The notes below the pieces were generated by a model that saw only the letters and a list, made by a program, of their open reading frames with translations, was not told where the DNA came from and made no database searches. Below are positions 12,560-25,809 of a stretch of DNA of 64,000 nt, piece by piece. The stretch covers positions 248,001 through 312,000 of the forward strand of contig JBPGPT010000005.1 of the NCBI GenBank assembly GCA_051047955.1, given 5' to 3'. This stretch comes from Cystobasidiomycetes sp. EMM_F5 (taxonomy: Eukaryota). The translations under genes and the position numbers were made by a program. Each line of letters starts with the position of its first letter. Positions within the stretch are counted from its first letter, which is position 1.

Positions 12560-13791
12560 TCAATCCAGACGAAGGTCGGTCGTCTCCGCAGATAACCCAT
12601 CATACCGGTGACGATCTCTTTCCACAACGGATCTGAATACGACAGATTCAATTTGATGTCGCTCAAGGTCTCGCTATATGACTCACCCGCTTGGTTGGTC
12701 ACGTTCCGGCAAAGGGGGAACGGAAGCATCTAGACCAGCTCGCTTCTGACTTTCGTATTCGACTTCCAGACGTTCGAGGCGGTCCACAACTCGTACAGCT
12801 TCTTCCAGCATGTACACCTTGACGAAATGCCGACCAGGCGCACGACACTCGGGGCAGTCTGGTGTGGTCGCTAGATTGTAAAGTCGAAACTTAGTTGTGG
12901 ACCATTCAGTTAGGCATCTTGTAATCCGGCAATCGGACCGTCAGTATGAATGCCCCCTTGGTTACTAGTGCGGCCATACTTACTTATGACACATAGTATG
13001 TCCGCACTCCAAAGTGAGAACGTCATTTGGCTTGAATATTTCGTAGCAGAGCGGGCAGGACAGAGTTGATCGCAGCGACTCAAAGACATCTCGCATGCGC
13101 TTATATGATGCCAGTAGTTCGACATCCTGATCCAAGAGATCAGCAACGCAATCCGCGACTTGCCTCTCAGGCGCCTTACGGAAGTTGGCAGATGATCTCG
13201 AGCCGCTTGCAGCTCTTCAATCTCTGCAGATCTACGCGCTAGTGCGTCACGCAGCTCTTGCACTTGCAGTCGCACGTCAATGTATTGTTCTTGCTTTCCA
13301 TGATCACTCTGCGTGCGGCACCTCGTCAGACATCTATGCCAGAACATGGAGTGAAGATATAGCCACCTTGCGGACCGTAGTCAACTCCGCTTCAAGGAGC
13401 TTATTACGGTGTGCAAGGCTCATCGCTGTCTGATTGTCAAAGAAATGATGTGTCAGCAAGTAGTGGCGTACGACATGTAGGACGCCTTACAGCGCGATAT
13501 CGGTCTCTCTCATGGAGCGCAGATGTCAGTCCAGCCGCACGGGACGCGCTCGCTTTTGCATCAGCTTCCGCTTTCGCCAGTCGCTTTTCGAGCTCGACTA
13601 TGCGGTCTGCGCTCTTGCCGTCTGACGACTTGAATGTATCGGCGATAGCCGCCTTGAACGCCTTGGACATTGCTATGAGAGTGCGAATTTCAGAATCATG
13701 CTTCAAGATGATTGCACGCAAAGTCTGCGCGTGTATATCTACAACAAAGACGAACAGGTCAAGCAACGCTTCCAGGTTGTTCCGTCTAGCC
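12560..13791 (-). CDS. Coiled-coil plus C3HC4 RING finger protein (putative E3 ligase); 5' end unresolved
   Basis: Spliced translation LSCPLCYEIF..LECGHTMC..CLTEW..PDCPECR, preceded by heptad-rich exons (13437-13791, ~13170-13300). Confidence 0.7.
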
Positions 13792-14108
13792 TAAATAGGA
13801 GGTGGCGAAGCTTTCAAGTCGTACTGTAATTCGCATAGTGAGACCAGCTCTGCGTCTTTCTGGGCGAGAGGTTACCACTGATGGTGCATCGAGTCCCTGC
13901 TGTGAAATATTGACAACGCCCTCCCGTGCGGATACTGCAGAGCGTAATGCCTCGTTTGAGCGGTCGAGTCTGTGGGGAAAGCTTCAAAGGTGTTGCAGCT
14001 TGTCCATCGAATGCTTGACACGGGAATGGGCTCTACAGCTGTTGGGAGAGAGACGTGGCTGAGAGGCTATCAGATGACACGAAAATGAGGCATCGATAAA
14101 TTTAATCC

Positions 14109-15289
14109 TTACCCAAATGTTGGAGACTGCCAAGTGTCGGTCATGTGCCAGCTAGCTGCGCTGTTGGAATATGTCGAAGACGTTTGATCGACGTTAGGCC
14201 AAGCCATGTTCTGACGAATGGCTGCATCTGCACTGTCCGAAGTCGACCAAGGCTCGTGTGATGTCATGAGAAGGCTGTCCGGCTCTACGGCCGTGTAAAC
14301 TTCTCCCTGAGAAGCTGCAAGGGCGCAAGAGCTTGGAGGATATGACACGCAACGACCAGTGGGCGTTGAAACTGTACCCCAATCATTTCCATAGGTGTAC
14401 TCGGATTCACCGTCTCGAACCGAGTCTGACGTAGAGGGTCCACTCCACTCGCAGCCTGATTGCGTTTTGCGAGATGAGTGAGCCGAGGCTGTCAAGGACT
14501 CTTCAAGAGCGGGTAAGCATGCTGGGTCGCCCGGAATGTCTTTTCTATCTCTACCAATTTGCCTAGTAACATGTGTTTGGATGGGCTCGGCTACTGAAGG
14601 CGACGATCTAGTAAGACGCTTCGATTGATGCCTGGGCGTCCGTTTCTTATCTATACCGGGGCCAGACGTTGTATCTCGGCGCGGGGCTTTCTTGCTCGCT
14701 GATAACCGTGTCGCTATTTCGCAAATAGCCTCATCCGTCCAGTACTGATTCTGAAATACACGTTAAGTCGAGGCTCGCATGTCCTCCCTTGCTCCACAGA
14801 CTTACAATTCCTTCCGAATGACTGTAAGCAATGCGTGTTTCAGGTAAAGACTCCCATATTTGCGAATCTCTGCTACTGGAGGTAAAGCAGCAAGATTTGA
14901 CCTGTGCACGGAAACCGTATTTCTGTTGCTTGAGTCAGTCGTGTACAGATTGCGGGCAAATAGCGCACACCTTCAGGTGTCTCGTCTGCAAGGAGGTCAG
15001 ACTCGAGCTCACTATGCAAGGAGATGCGAGTAACGTACAAAATTTAGGGTATTGTCGCTCTTGACGATGCCCGCATCGTGACAAGCGCGTACGCAACGTG
15101 GAAGAGAAGCGATCCACAAGCATCCAGAATCCGGGAGCCAGCCAATCTCTGCCGAGTCGGACTGCGATTTGGTAAAACTGTTCCGACCATCAGCTTCAGA
15201 CGAAAACAGGCCTGTCTATACCATACTGACTGCATCAATCTAGACAGAAACAATTTACCTCCAGCCGCAATACTAATGCCTGAAGTCAT
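14109..15289 (-). CDS. Divergent HSF-type DNA-binding-domain protein (~323 aa, 5 exons)
   Basis: Exons 15289-15231, 15177-15039, 14985-14971, 14922-14806 and 14750-14109 with 48-55 nt GT-AG introns give KLFLSRLMHF..EIGWLPDSGCLWI..VKSDNTLNFTRHLKKYGFRAQ..AYSH, resembling the HSF pattern FLxKL..IxW..FKHxNFxSFVRQLNxYGF. Confidence 0.6.
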
Positions 15290-16398
15290 CGCTTGGGCCC
15301 GTGACTAGCGAAGCACGTTCTGTCTATAGCGCCAGGAGCGATAGAAAGCCACTTGACTCTGCGGCAATGGTTTCAGTAGCCTAAGCAGAATGGGCTAGAC
15401 TCTCTAATAACAAGAGAGACACTCCGGGGCCGATATCGTGGAAGCTCGGCTGAGGCAACATGCGATCCAGCTTCCGCGTCATTGGACGCCGATATCCCCC
15501 GTGGTTCCTATCAGTGTCGTAGTGCTCTAGCTTGATTCAGCTTGTCGAATATTCAAGAAGTACACTCATCCTCGACTTCCCAACGGCTTTCGACCTTCGA
15601 CCCCGCTTGTGCGTGCTCCAAGTGGCAGGCAGACGTTTCGTGGGCACTGCATGAGGTAGTCTCGTCATTGCAGTAGATGAATGTGAGCCTCATGAATGTT
15701 GATAGTGCAATGTCAAGGCTGCATGAATGGAATTTACATCAGTCTAGCACATCCTCGCGACACAGTCAAACGCGGTTTCGCCAATGCATCTGCACACTCA
15801 AGTGTGGCATCTGCAGCAGAGGTAGACTTTTGTGTAAAGCGCACCGGTTCGGGACGCTTCAAGAAGGGCAGTAGCGGCTAAATCCTCGTCGTCGCACGTT
15901 CTTCGAGGCCCGAGAATATCCTGACCAACAATGCCCGATTTCCCATACGGTACGGGGAGCAGCCTTCGGCGGAGAACGGAAACCTCTACAGTACCGCGTT
16001 GTCACTCCTTTGAGTAGCCGAGCCCAGTCGCAGTCGTCGAATTGTCGGACACCTTCGCTGTTTGGCCATTGGCTTCCCAAGCGGTACTTTGCGCAGTGTC
16101 ATAGTCCGCTGCAGTTCCGCGTGTGATAAGTGTCAATTATAATACACCACATCGCTGCTTCATCGCAAAGCCTAGTCTTCAAAGTTTGTTGCGCCCTAGA
16201 CCGAGAAATGCGCAGCCAGGCCATGTACAAGCCTGTCCAACGTTCCGGCAGGCGTAAAAGCAGGCGCAACGCAGGCAATGGAACTTAGCCTTCTATGCTC
16301 TCCATAATCTCATCGTGTGCATAGCCTGCGACCGCTGATTGTGGAAGTCCAAATATGCGGAGAAAGTTGTCAGACAGATTCTTCGGTTATTCTTCACT

Positions 16399-18167
16399 AT
16401 GAATCTGGATGAGGAATCGCAGGAGAGTGTCCGGAAGTTACTGCAGTCAAGGAATCATGACAACCTGCGCGATGCTCGCGTAAATGCGTCGCGGCAAGCT
16501 CTAGATTCAGCAAGAGAAAGTTTGCCAATCAGCCTACCATCCGACGGCGTTGGCTCGAAGAGTGCGTCGAGGACCGCGATTGGCAGAACAGCCTACTGAC
16601 GGGCAGGCATGCTACGTGACCAGCCGCCATCGATATCCTTGTCAAGTCCGTGGCTGGAACCAGACCGCTGACATAGGAGCTGACTTGACCCGATGTTAAA
16701 TTCAACAGTACCATCAGCCCCGCATTGGCAGCAGGACAAGCTGGCCCGAGATATTATGGCTTCGTTACTGGAGGGCATACTCCGGTCTCCCTAGCAGCAG
16801 ACTTTGTCGCTTCTAGCTATGATGCCAACGTACAGGTGCATCTTCCAGTAAGTTTGCATATGCTATAATCAGATTCTTGCCCTCGTTGTCTGATTCATGA
16901 CACAGCAAGACACGATTGCAACATATGTCGAAGCCCTGGCCCTTCGATACGTCCTGGATCTCTTGTCGATTCCGCATACATGTTTCTCCGGACGCAGTGT
17001 AACAACAGGCGCCACCGCTTCAAATGTGATGGGTATCGCTTGCGGTCGTCAAGCGGTAGCATCTCGACTGAAAGGTCCAAAGTACTCTGCAGCAGAAGAC
17101 GGTCTGGCTGGACTTGAAATTGACGTACTGTGTGCGGGGGCGCATATAAGCATACGCAAGGCAGCCGCGATTGTCGGCATCGGACGCAGTCGCTGTATCG
17201 AAATGCTCGCGTACGACGAAGATAGTGTGGTGGCATTCGACTTGGAACGCTTGGAACGACACTTACTAGACGCTCAGCAGCAAGGCCGCGGCTGTATTGT
17301 CTGTCCTGCCTACGCAGAAGTGAATACAGGAGCATTCACACCCGACATGCCTCTCATCCGCAAGCTATGTGACAAATACGGCGCCTGGCTGCATCTAGAT
17401 GCCGGTGGGGGTGTGCGAGGAACCTTCGTTGCATTCGAACTGACTCTGTCTATGCCTCATCAGCTTTCGGCGGATTTGGCGGCCTTCATCCTGACTTTCG
17501 CGAGGAGGTCCTAGCTGGGTTACGGCTGGCAGACAGCCTAACTCTAGATGGGCATAAATGGCTCAACGTGCCGTACGACTGCGCCATGTTTTACACGCGA
17601 GACGCAAAATTGCTTGAAGCTGTTTTTGGTCCAGGCGCAAATGCTCCGGCATACTTGTCTGGTGCCAGTGACCCTGGAGACCCAGAGTATATCCCTTCGC
17701 CGCTGAATGTTGGGATCGAAAACAGCCGTCGTTTCAGATCACTCCCTTTGTATACATCTCTGCTGGCATACGGAAAAGAAGGGCACCGCGATATTGTGTT
17801 GCGCAATATCGGGTTTGCGCGAAAGGTGGAAGCATGGCTTGTCGATAATACCCAATGGTACGATGTCCTCACGCCGCCATCCACCACCTCTTCAAAGCAA
17901 GGCAACTTCAAAATACTCAACATTGTACTCTTCGCCCCGAGTCGGGCATGCGGTGTCGAAGCATTTGCCAAAGAGGACGGTGCTGTCCAGCTAGTGAAGG
18001 TCATTAACGCATCCGGCAGAATGTACGTTACAGGGACGAAATGGAAAGGTAGAAGTGCAATCCGCTTAGCAGTATCGAACTGGTTGACGACTGTTGAGGA
18101 TGATTTGAGCATGGTCACCGAGACGCTTACCGCAGTTATGACCCATGGTAAAATCTCATCAGTATAG
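16399..18167 (+). CDS. Group II pyridoxal-phosphate-dependent decarboxylase (aromatic-L-amino-acid/glutamate decarboxylase-like); substrate unknown
   Basis: Motifs [56 protein letters not shown] (PLP lysine), ENSRRFR and AIRLAVSNW. Confidence 0.9.
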
Positions 18168-18360
18168 GGAAACGCCCTCCAACCAACGAGACAAGGACAC
18201 GCAGCAGACCGATCACACGCATCTGGACGACAGCGATATATATTTCAACATTGATGCATATATTAGAGCACGTTATAACAAATGGTGCATTGTTCCTTAT
18301 AACATAGTAATGACATGCAGATGGGCATTATTGCGCATGTTGGAGAGGGGCAAGGGCAGC

Positions 18361-19126
18361 TCAGACAGCTACATTGCCTCTGATGCCGCCCTTTGCGTGA
18401 GCCACACCTAGGAGGACCCATGGTACGGCTACAACGGTGAGAATCGCTAAGGGAAAGATGAATGTCAGTATTCGAGTATGGGGTCCGGCAGTCTGAAAAC
18501 ACTAACCCTCAACCCATCCGAGCCATTCGCAGGCGCGAAGTGTGGTCATATTAGGGACGTTGTTGTAAATGGACTTTTGTAGGGATGCCTGTTGAAACGA
18601 GTGAGTATGTTCAGCATGGGTATCGCTTCTATCCCAGCCTGCTCAGCTTACGCCAACAGCGATCCAGAAGATGATGGTCAAGAAGAGGTAGACAAAGTGT
18701 GCGGCACCAGTGTTGAAGAATGTCCTTCGAACAAGAGTGCCTACACCGACCAAGGTTCCGAAGAGCAGAGTCCACAGCGCCGTGAAGAGAGCAAAGCGGA
18801 CCGTTGACCGAAGCTGACCAGAGTACAGGCTGCCCTTGCCGACGAGGTATCCTGCTACACCAACCTCGACAATGGCGATGAATGACAGGAAGAAGTACCT
18901 GAAAGGCGTAGATTTTCAGTTTTGGCTCGGACCTCTCGCTTGACCAGCGGATTCGCAAGGAGGGCAGAAACGACGACATACCAGACTGGCAAGCCTCTCC
19001 CGACAAGGCTGTAAGCAGCATGCAAGAAAGGACAAGCATCGCATCAGCACAGATACCAAAACTGCAGAGGGGTCCCAGCCACTCGGACCATCAGGCGACT
19101 CACTTTTCAGAGCTGAAGAGACCCAT
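18361..19126 (-). CDS. Small four-TM membrane protein, MARVEL-like
   Basis: Spliced MGLFSSENLVGRGLPVWYFFLSFIAIVEVGVAGYLV..VRFALFTALWTLLF..VYLFLTIIFWIAVG..LRACEWLGWV..; not shown in frame by the ORF track. Confidence 0.7.
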
Positions 19127-19583
19127 TGCGTGTGGTTGTGAATAGGTAGTTGCAGATGTGGTAGGCGCGGGCAGTAGTGTCAGATGATTGACGTGGTAGT
19201 TGGCTGGAAACAACGAGATGTCGTTGCGAAAAGCTCAACAAGCCTTTCTTCGAGGCGAGGCTGGACTCGGTGACAGGCGCCGGCTGGTAGGGAAATTATG
19301 ACGCAACTGGGGAAAATTCCAGAGCTTGAAGCGAAACAAGTCTAGCGAAAGTGGTATCTAACAAGTGGGTGTTTGAGCTACAGTGTACAGCATTCGAGTG
19401 CTCAGAAGTCCGTTCTACAGGCTTTCGACCCTACAACATCCGTCGACCCGACAGAAAAGCCCACTGGATTATTGCCATTTCCGGCATATTTGTGTAACAT
19501 GCCCAACCCTAAGCCTACTCAAAGCGTCTTGCAGCAATCTCGGAAGCCGTGTAGCGAGTCGCTTGGTATCGCTCGGGCGTGCC

Positions 19584-20634
19584 TCAGTTCTGGCGGTCTA
19601 TTCTGCGATTTATCGAACCTAATGCGACCTTGACAATGAAATCGCTTGTGATTTGACCCTGGTATGGTGTAGTATCCACCATATCGCGTACTCCCTGCAG
19701 TTCATCGTCCAGCTCCTGCAATGCGGCTGTCGCTTCGGCGTCGTTGCCTATCTGAATAAATTGCACTCCAAGCTGCGTGAGCGGGGCATGCATGTCGTCC
19801 AATCGCTTAGCGAATCCACTCAAGACGTAGGCCAGTGTCGGCCCGTCATCGGCTTCCCCATCGGTCAGCACTAGCATATTGAGAGGTTTCGGCAACGCTT
19901 GCCCTTGCTTCTTTGCCTTTTCGCAGGCTTCAATGTAGGGCGAGAGCAGCTGTTCCACCCGTAGTTCTGTTGGCGTCGACTCGCCGTTTGGACCGACAAA
20001 TTGGAATAACTCTCTGATTTCGTGAGCTGACTTGGCGCCATTGAGTACGTGTGTGCTATTGAGGAAAGCAACGTCTACCCCGTCCGTGTCGTAGGTGATG
20101 ATTGTCTCCACAATCCCGGCCAAGGCAGATTCTGCTTCATGCCATAATGGATACATGGAAGCGCTATCGTCAATTAAGAAGAGTGTCTGCGACAGAGCAT
20201 AGTCCATGCATTAGACCATCAATGACGCCTGTCCATCTGAAACACCTACATCATATCTCCGTACTAGCCCAAGTTATGTCAGTACCGAGTCCACTGATGA
20301 CAGTCATCCTCTGCCACTCACACACTGCCAGCCTGTCTTCCCTAGAATTAGATCTTGCGAGGTTGGACGCTTGACCTGCCTGCGACGGCGGCACAGCCAT
20401 GCTTCCGGGTCGATTAGGTGCTTGTGCCGAGCTCAGCGGACGGGAAGAAGAGGGCATTTGGGACGTGCTCATCGGCCGCGAGCTGGAAGTAGCAGAGCTT
20501 CCCTGCGGTGATGCTTGCGGCTGGGGTGGTTGCCGTTGATTGTAAACTGCCGGAGGAGCTGTCGCAGTGTACGCGGGAGGGGGTGGGGCATCAGAACTCC
20601 CGCCCATTTCAGGCAGAGGCCTCCGTATTGACAT
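19584..20634 (-). CDS. von Willebrand factor A domain protein with Pro-rich N-terminus
   Basis: MIDAS motif FLIDDSASM, plus DGVDVAFLN, STPT, VLTDGEAD, GVQFIQIGND and RDMVDT; PPPPAY in the N-terminus. Confidence 0.85.
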
Positions 20635-20861
20635 GATTGAATGGCAATCTTCCGTGAAGCAGAGAGCGAGCTTGACATGGTCATGATCTCTTGGGTCAGC
20701 GTGATCGGTTCTGAACGCCGGAGCATAGAATACGGCACTGCAATGCACATTCAATGGAAATCATGATGCGCGTAGTGATGCTGGATGCTGAACGGGAGAT
20801 GCTCTAGATGCGCAACCGCAGCCCGTCTTCGTGAATGCTAAACGCCGATAGTGGATAGACC

Positions 20862-23800
20862 ATGTCGACCTCCGGCAATGCAACCAAACGCACTGTACAA
20901 TGGTCGGCGTCCAACGACTCGCAGTTCCTCATATCAAGCGCGAGCGAACTGCGCTTGTGCGAATATGTCCCGCCGTCAGCCGGGAGGCGGTCATCACCTC
21001 ACAAGACGATAGCCGTCTGTTCGGACCTTCCTGCTTTCAAGGTGAGCCATTGTCCTCGTATCCCTAAGTAAACATCTGAGAAACCTCCGCCAGAGCCTAG
21101 CCTGGTCGCCGGACCCGCAGCTGAACGATCTGTGCGCTGTAGGCTTGAATACTGGGCGAACTATCCTGTTGCGTATACACGAGACTCCCGTATACACATC
21201 CAATCCTACACCGTCTATTCTTCATCTGAACGTCCGCCATCCTCGAGCCTGTAATGTCGTTGCATTCGCATCAAGCGAACCAAACCTACTTGTGACTGGC
21301 TACGACAAAGTACGAGACAATTCGCTCCTCGTCTGGGATATACGGTCATCATTTACCTCGACGTCTCTCCCTGCGGCTAGTCCAGTCTCTCGGCGGCCCT
21401 CGCTACAAAACGAGAAGGAAAATGTTGTGTCACCGACATCTCAAGCGCCTTCTAGGCATAGGCCTCCCAATACCCCTACTGTCGACAGTAAGCCAATTGC
21501 ACAGTTTGGACTGTCGGAGCAGGTTTCTGCATCCACCTTCATGCACAATTCGAAAATATTGGTCGCTGCAATGGCCGTCAAGTGGCTCCGGGCATACGAT
21601 TTGCGCGTTCCTGCCTCCGCCTCAAATAATCCGACTGTCGTTATGAGTGCCCGAGGTATCATAAGTCTGGTCCCAGACCCCTTTGACAATCATCGATTCG
21701 CCAGTGTCGGCGACGATGGCATGGTGCGAATATGGGATTTACGACAAGCAAGTGAGCCTTTCCTCACCTTCTCCTCCGAAGATGGAATAGCAAAGCACTC
21801 GAAGGATCGAGCGGGTTTGGGACGAACTACCAGTAAAATCTCCCTGGCGACTACGGGGGCTGGGTCAGCTGTCACTGGTGACGTGACTACTGTGTTGTAC
21901 TCGACGACACGCAGAGGTCACATTGCTACCCTGGACCGGGACTCCAACTACCTCTCTGCTTGGAACATCTTCGAAGTCGGCGGCAAACCAGAACGCGAAC
22001 TGTTTACTCCAACAACACCGCATGACGGTACTGGCGACGAAGATTCGGATAATGACTCAAATGCACCGGTTCCAACCTTGTATTACGAGCGTCGCAGTCA
22101 GTCAATTTCCCTACTCGTTGGGGGCGTCATCAGTAGACTGAGTTTTAGTCACAGCTGGGCATTCCCCTCGACCCCTCTCCTCTTTTGCTTTCGTACCTGG
22201 TTCGGGAGGCCCACAGCGATTCGTAACGGTGAACAAGGACGGCATGGTGGAGTTCTGCGAGACTAAGGAATCTCCTCAGCTTGCCTTTTCTGTGAGTGAC
22301 ACTCTACAGCAACGATATAAATCACACTAAGCAATATCATAATATCCGGGGTTTTCTGCTAGACGTCGGGAAATTTCGCTGTGTCTTGGGACAACCAATT
22401 GAATGTCGAGGGAGGCCCGCACGAGATAAGGGAGCATACGCACGTCCGCTCGCATAATCATCGTGATCGAGGGCACAGATCGGTCCACGGCCTTGGTAGT
22501 CTCGGTCATTTACGTATCGAGAATTTAGGATCACGGCAAACCTCGCCGGAAAGAAATCGTAGGTCGCAAGACCGAAGGCATCGAAGTACTAGAAAGCCCT
22601 CTGTTGACCACTCCGATGACTCGCATCACGGGACGAGTGACGATGATGGAGAAGAGCTCATCCCGACTTTACGGCGCGACATATCTATGGTTATGCGGCA
22701 AAGATCCATCAAGGGTTATGGTTTAGATGTGAGGTTATTGCGTTGCGCTGTGGATATATATGCTAATTCAGGCGCCAGCCCCTGCGCAATATGCGCCTTG
22801 TCAAGGACGGGCTTACTGAGTTATGGGAGTGGATTAGACGTACGTTTGGGAGCTTCGACATAGAAGACGAAAACCTTGCTGAAGCTTTCCGTAGACGCTG
22901 CTGCTTTGTCAGCAGATGGCCGCGCCTATGTCAATACTTACGATTTTGGCTTCAAGGGTGTTTTGCCCATTCTTCGAGGCTTCCCAGCATATTCAATTCC
23001 TTCCCCAACCACAGGCACCCGAACGCCACACAATAACCGCAGGAGTCGCAACAACAAGCCAGAAGGGGGTAACACAGGTCCAGCTACGTTTGCCGATGAT
23101 GATCGTAGTGCAGTGAAGAGGGGGGACGTTTCACGAGCGCAAGATCAAGCATTCTCCGCAGCTGCAGCTGCATTGAACAAGATGAACAATAGTAAACCCT
23201 TCACTACCAGCTCAAAGCCAGCTCAGAGACAGTTGGCATTGACGTCCATCGGACCAGACTTCGCCAGTGCAGATATTGCAGCAGTCATAAAGAGGTACGA
23301 GGATTCTGGACAACCATCCAAGGCCGCTGCGTGGGCATTATTCAGCGGTAACATAGAATTGGCCGTCCAGTCGTTGAAGAACAACAAAGGTATGAGGGCG
23401 GCTTCTACACCATTACATGTCTGATCTCGCTGAAAATGTGTGCACCTAGATGAAAAGCTGAAACTGCTAGCTCCGATACTAGCATCTTATCTCGCTCAGC
23501 GCGACCAACAAGGCAATACCCATTTCAGAGAATTATGTTCAGCCCTCAGTACTGATTTGGAGGACGCTTTCATGCGAGCCATGTTTGCATACATTGCAAC
23601 CGGTGATTGGAGCGAGGTGTTAGAGGAAGATGCGCTGCCTCTCAAGGACAGGGTTGGGATCGCCTTACGGTTCCTGCACGGTGAAGAGGTGGGCACAGGC
23701 GTGTGGTCCAAAGACGTTGTCGACTGACGCCGCATTAATAGCTGGACCGCAAACTGGATCAGATGGCAAAAAAGGCGACAAGGGAAGGAGATCTGCAAGG

Positions 23801-24601
23801 AATTCTTCTGACGGGCTTGGATCAGGCTGGTTTATCCATACTACAGAGCTACATTGATCGTACTGGAGATGTACAGACAGCCGCGCTAGCAGCTGCATTT
23901 GTTCATCCTGGGCAGTACTCAGAGCCTAGGGCAGAGCGCTGGATCGAGGCGTATCGCAAGCTGCTCGATCATTGGGAACTGTATACCATTCGCGCCCGCT
24001 TCGATATCGCAAGGGGCAGCAAGATGCGGTCATCCCTGCTGGTCAAAGGTATCGAAGAAACGAGCGTAGCTATCGGGTCTCTTCTGGCCCCGCCTCACAT
24101 GTGAGCAGCTTGTACTGCTGGGTCTGCTGACACTCTGATCACGTATCCATACGCAGGCTCATACGATGTCATTTTTGCAATGCCGTTGTTACACCGAAAA
24201 AGCGTGAAGCAAAAGCCGCCGTGCAGAAGCGTATTGGTGCTGCCGAGGCGATGGAAAGGGTAAATTGCGCTTCTTTGACTTTGTGCGGTACTGATGCTGC
24301 GCGATGTCTCCAGACTACCCGATGTCCGACGTGTTCCAAATCCTTCCCGCGTTGCGCGATATGCCTTCAATCCATCGAGGTTTCCATCACTGGCCAGGGC
24401 AGTACACCAACTTGGTGCTGGTGCCAGTGAGTACGGCTGCGAAGCCATCCGTACACTCTAAGTGACTGTTTTCTCCACAGACGGTGTCGTCATGGAGGTC
24501 ATGCTTCGCATTTCTTGGAGTGGTTTGCTCGAGGGAATTTGGAGTGTCCCGTAGCAGACTGTGACTGCCATTGTCGCCAGCCAGAAGATGCATTGTCGTG
24601 A
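20862..24601 (+). CDS. SEA4: GATOR2/SEACAT subunit Sea4/Mio (WD40 + alpha-solenoid + zinc finger/RING)
   Basis: N-terminal WD40 repeats, [44 protein letters not shown], and C-terminal [43 protein letters not shown]. Confidence 0.9.
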
Positions 24602-24629
24602 AGCAAAGCTTGTGACCCGTGCATGAGCT

Positions 24630-25809
24630 TCAGGCTTCGCCTTCCGCACGCGAAGGCACGGCAAAATTGCGTCTGCAAGGAGGACTGACTCAGCCGATTC
24701 GCAAGTTTCGTCGTAATTAGGCATACCTGGTCAACAGAGTACCTTTCAACGATCGAAGCTCAGATTTCACGGCAGCTATCTTCTCGATATCGGCACCACC
24801 ACGGTTTGGCATCTTATTCGCCGAGCCACCATAGTTATAACCATACGCAGCAGCGCTGAAGGATGGGGTGGATGAGTAGATGGTCTCGTTGGTGAGCCGG
24901 GTGGTAAGCAGCTCCAGTGACGATAGGAGCCTTCGCGAGGAACTTGGTTCTAGTAAACTGTTGACAGGCGCGGCTGCCGGTCTGATCAGTGCAGACTCAA
25001 GGCGTTTCAGCGATTGCTGGAGCGGCAGTGTTATCAAAGCTTCCTTGTCGGCTTCTACTTTTGCTGTCGCTGAATCCAGCACATTGCGCTCGGCTGTAGG
25101 ATCGCTGATGATTTGCATTTGACCCTCGCCATCATTGTCGCCATTCTGAAGTACTGCTTCTGACAGCCTGTTCTCTCGCTTTGTGAAATAATTGTCGCCC
25201 ATCACAAGCTGGACGACGCCGCTCAGCAATTTCTCATGTTGCGGTATCGCGTGGAGGTGTAAGGACAGAATGGCTCTCGAAGTCAACAACAGCTTAGGCA
25301 GAACATAACGCTGCAACGATGGGACGATCAGTGCGCTAGACAGACTTTGTAAGAACTGCGGTACATACTTGGTAGAGGACAGCAATGATGGTCGCGGTTG
25401 AACCGCCAACGAAAATGAACCATGCGAGGAAAGTGAGGAATCTTGGCAGAGCGCGGCTTGGAGGTAGTTGAGAAAAACGTGGTGCTGGGTATGTTAGATA
25501 ACGCTGATCTCGCGGATAGTCTCGCAGCGGTAGGATGGGTCCGGCGTCTGCGGCAGTTTTCTGAGGCGCCATGTCGGCAGAGCTCTGCGACAATGTTACA
25601 GCAGCACCGGTCACTGGATCGTTGGCCGCTGTAGTAAAATCAATATTGGAGTTGACGTTTGTCTTGTGAGTCTCGCCTGGAGAAGCTGGGCCTTCCACAG
25701 CTGAGGCCAACGGGTCGACAGGTTTGGGTGCCGTTGTTGGCGTATCTTCCTTGGCTGACGAAGCTCTTCCATTGCTCCCATCCGCAGGTTTGTTCAATTT
25801 GTCGGCCAT
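24630..25809 (-). CDS. Single-TM protein resembling peroxisomal docking factor Pex33 (Pex14/17-like)
   Basis: LTYP motif before one TM segment and C-terminal VKSELRSLKGTLLTR|RNF, similar to Pex14/Pex33 C-terminal motifs. No recognisable Pex14 N-domain. Confidence 0.5.

Noticed and set aside
15300..16390. ~1.1 kb gene-free stretch
   Set aside because: No credible ORF, splice pattern or extended pairing seen; most simply the divergent promoter of the HSF-like and decarboxylase genes.
18501..18515. CTAACCCTCAACCC, resembling a telomere repeat or telomerase template
   Set aside because: It is the reverse complement of an exon/intron junction of the MARVEL-like gene.
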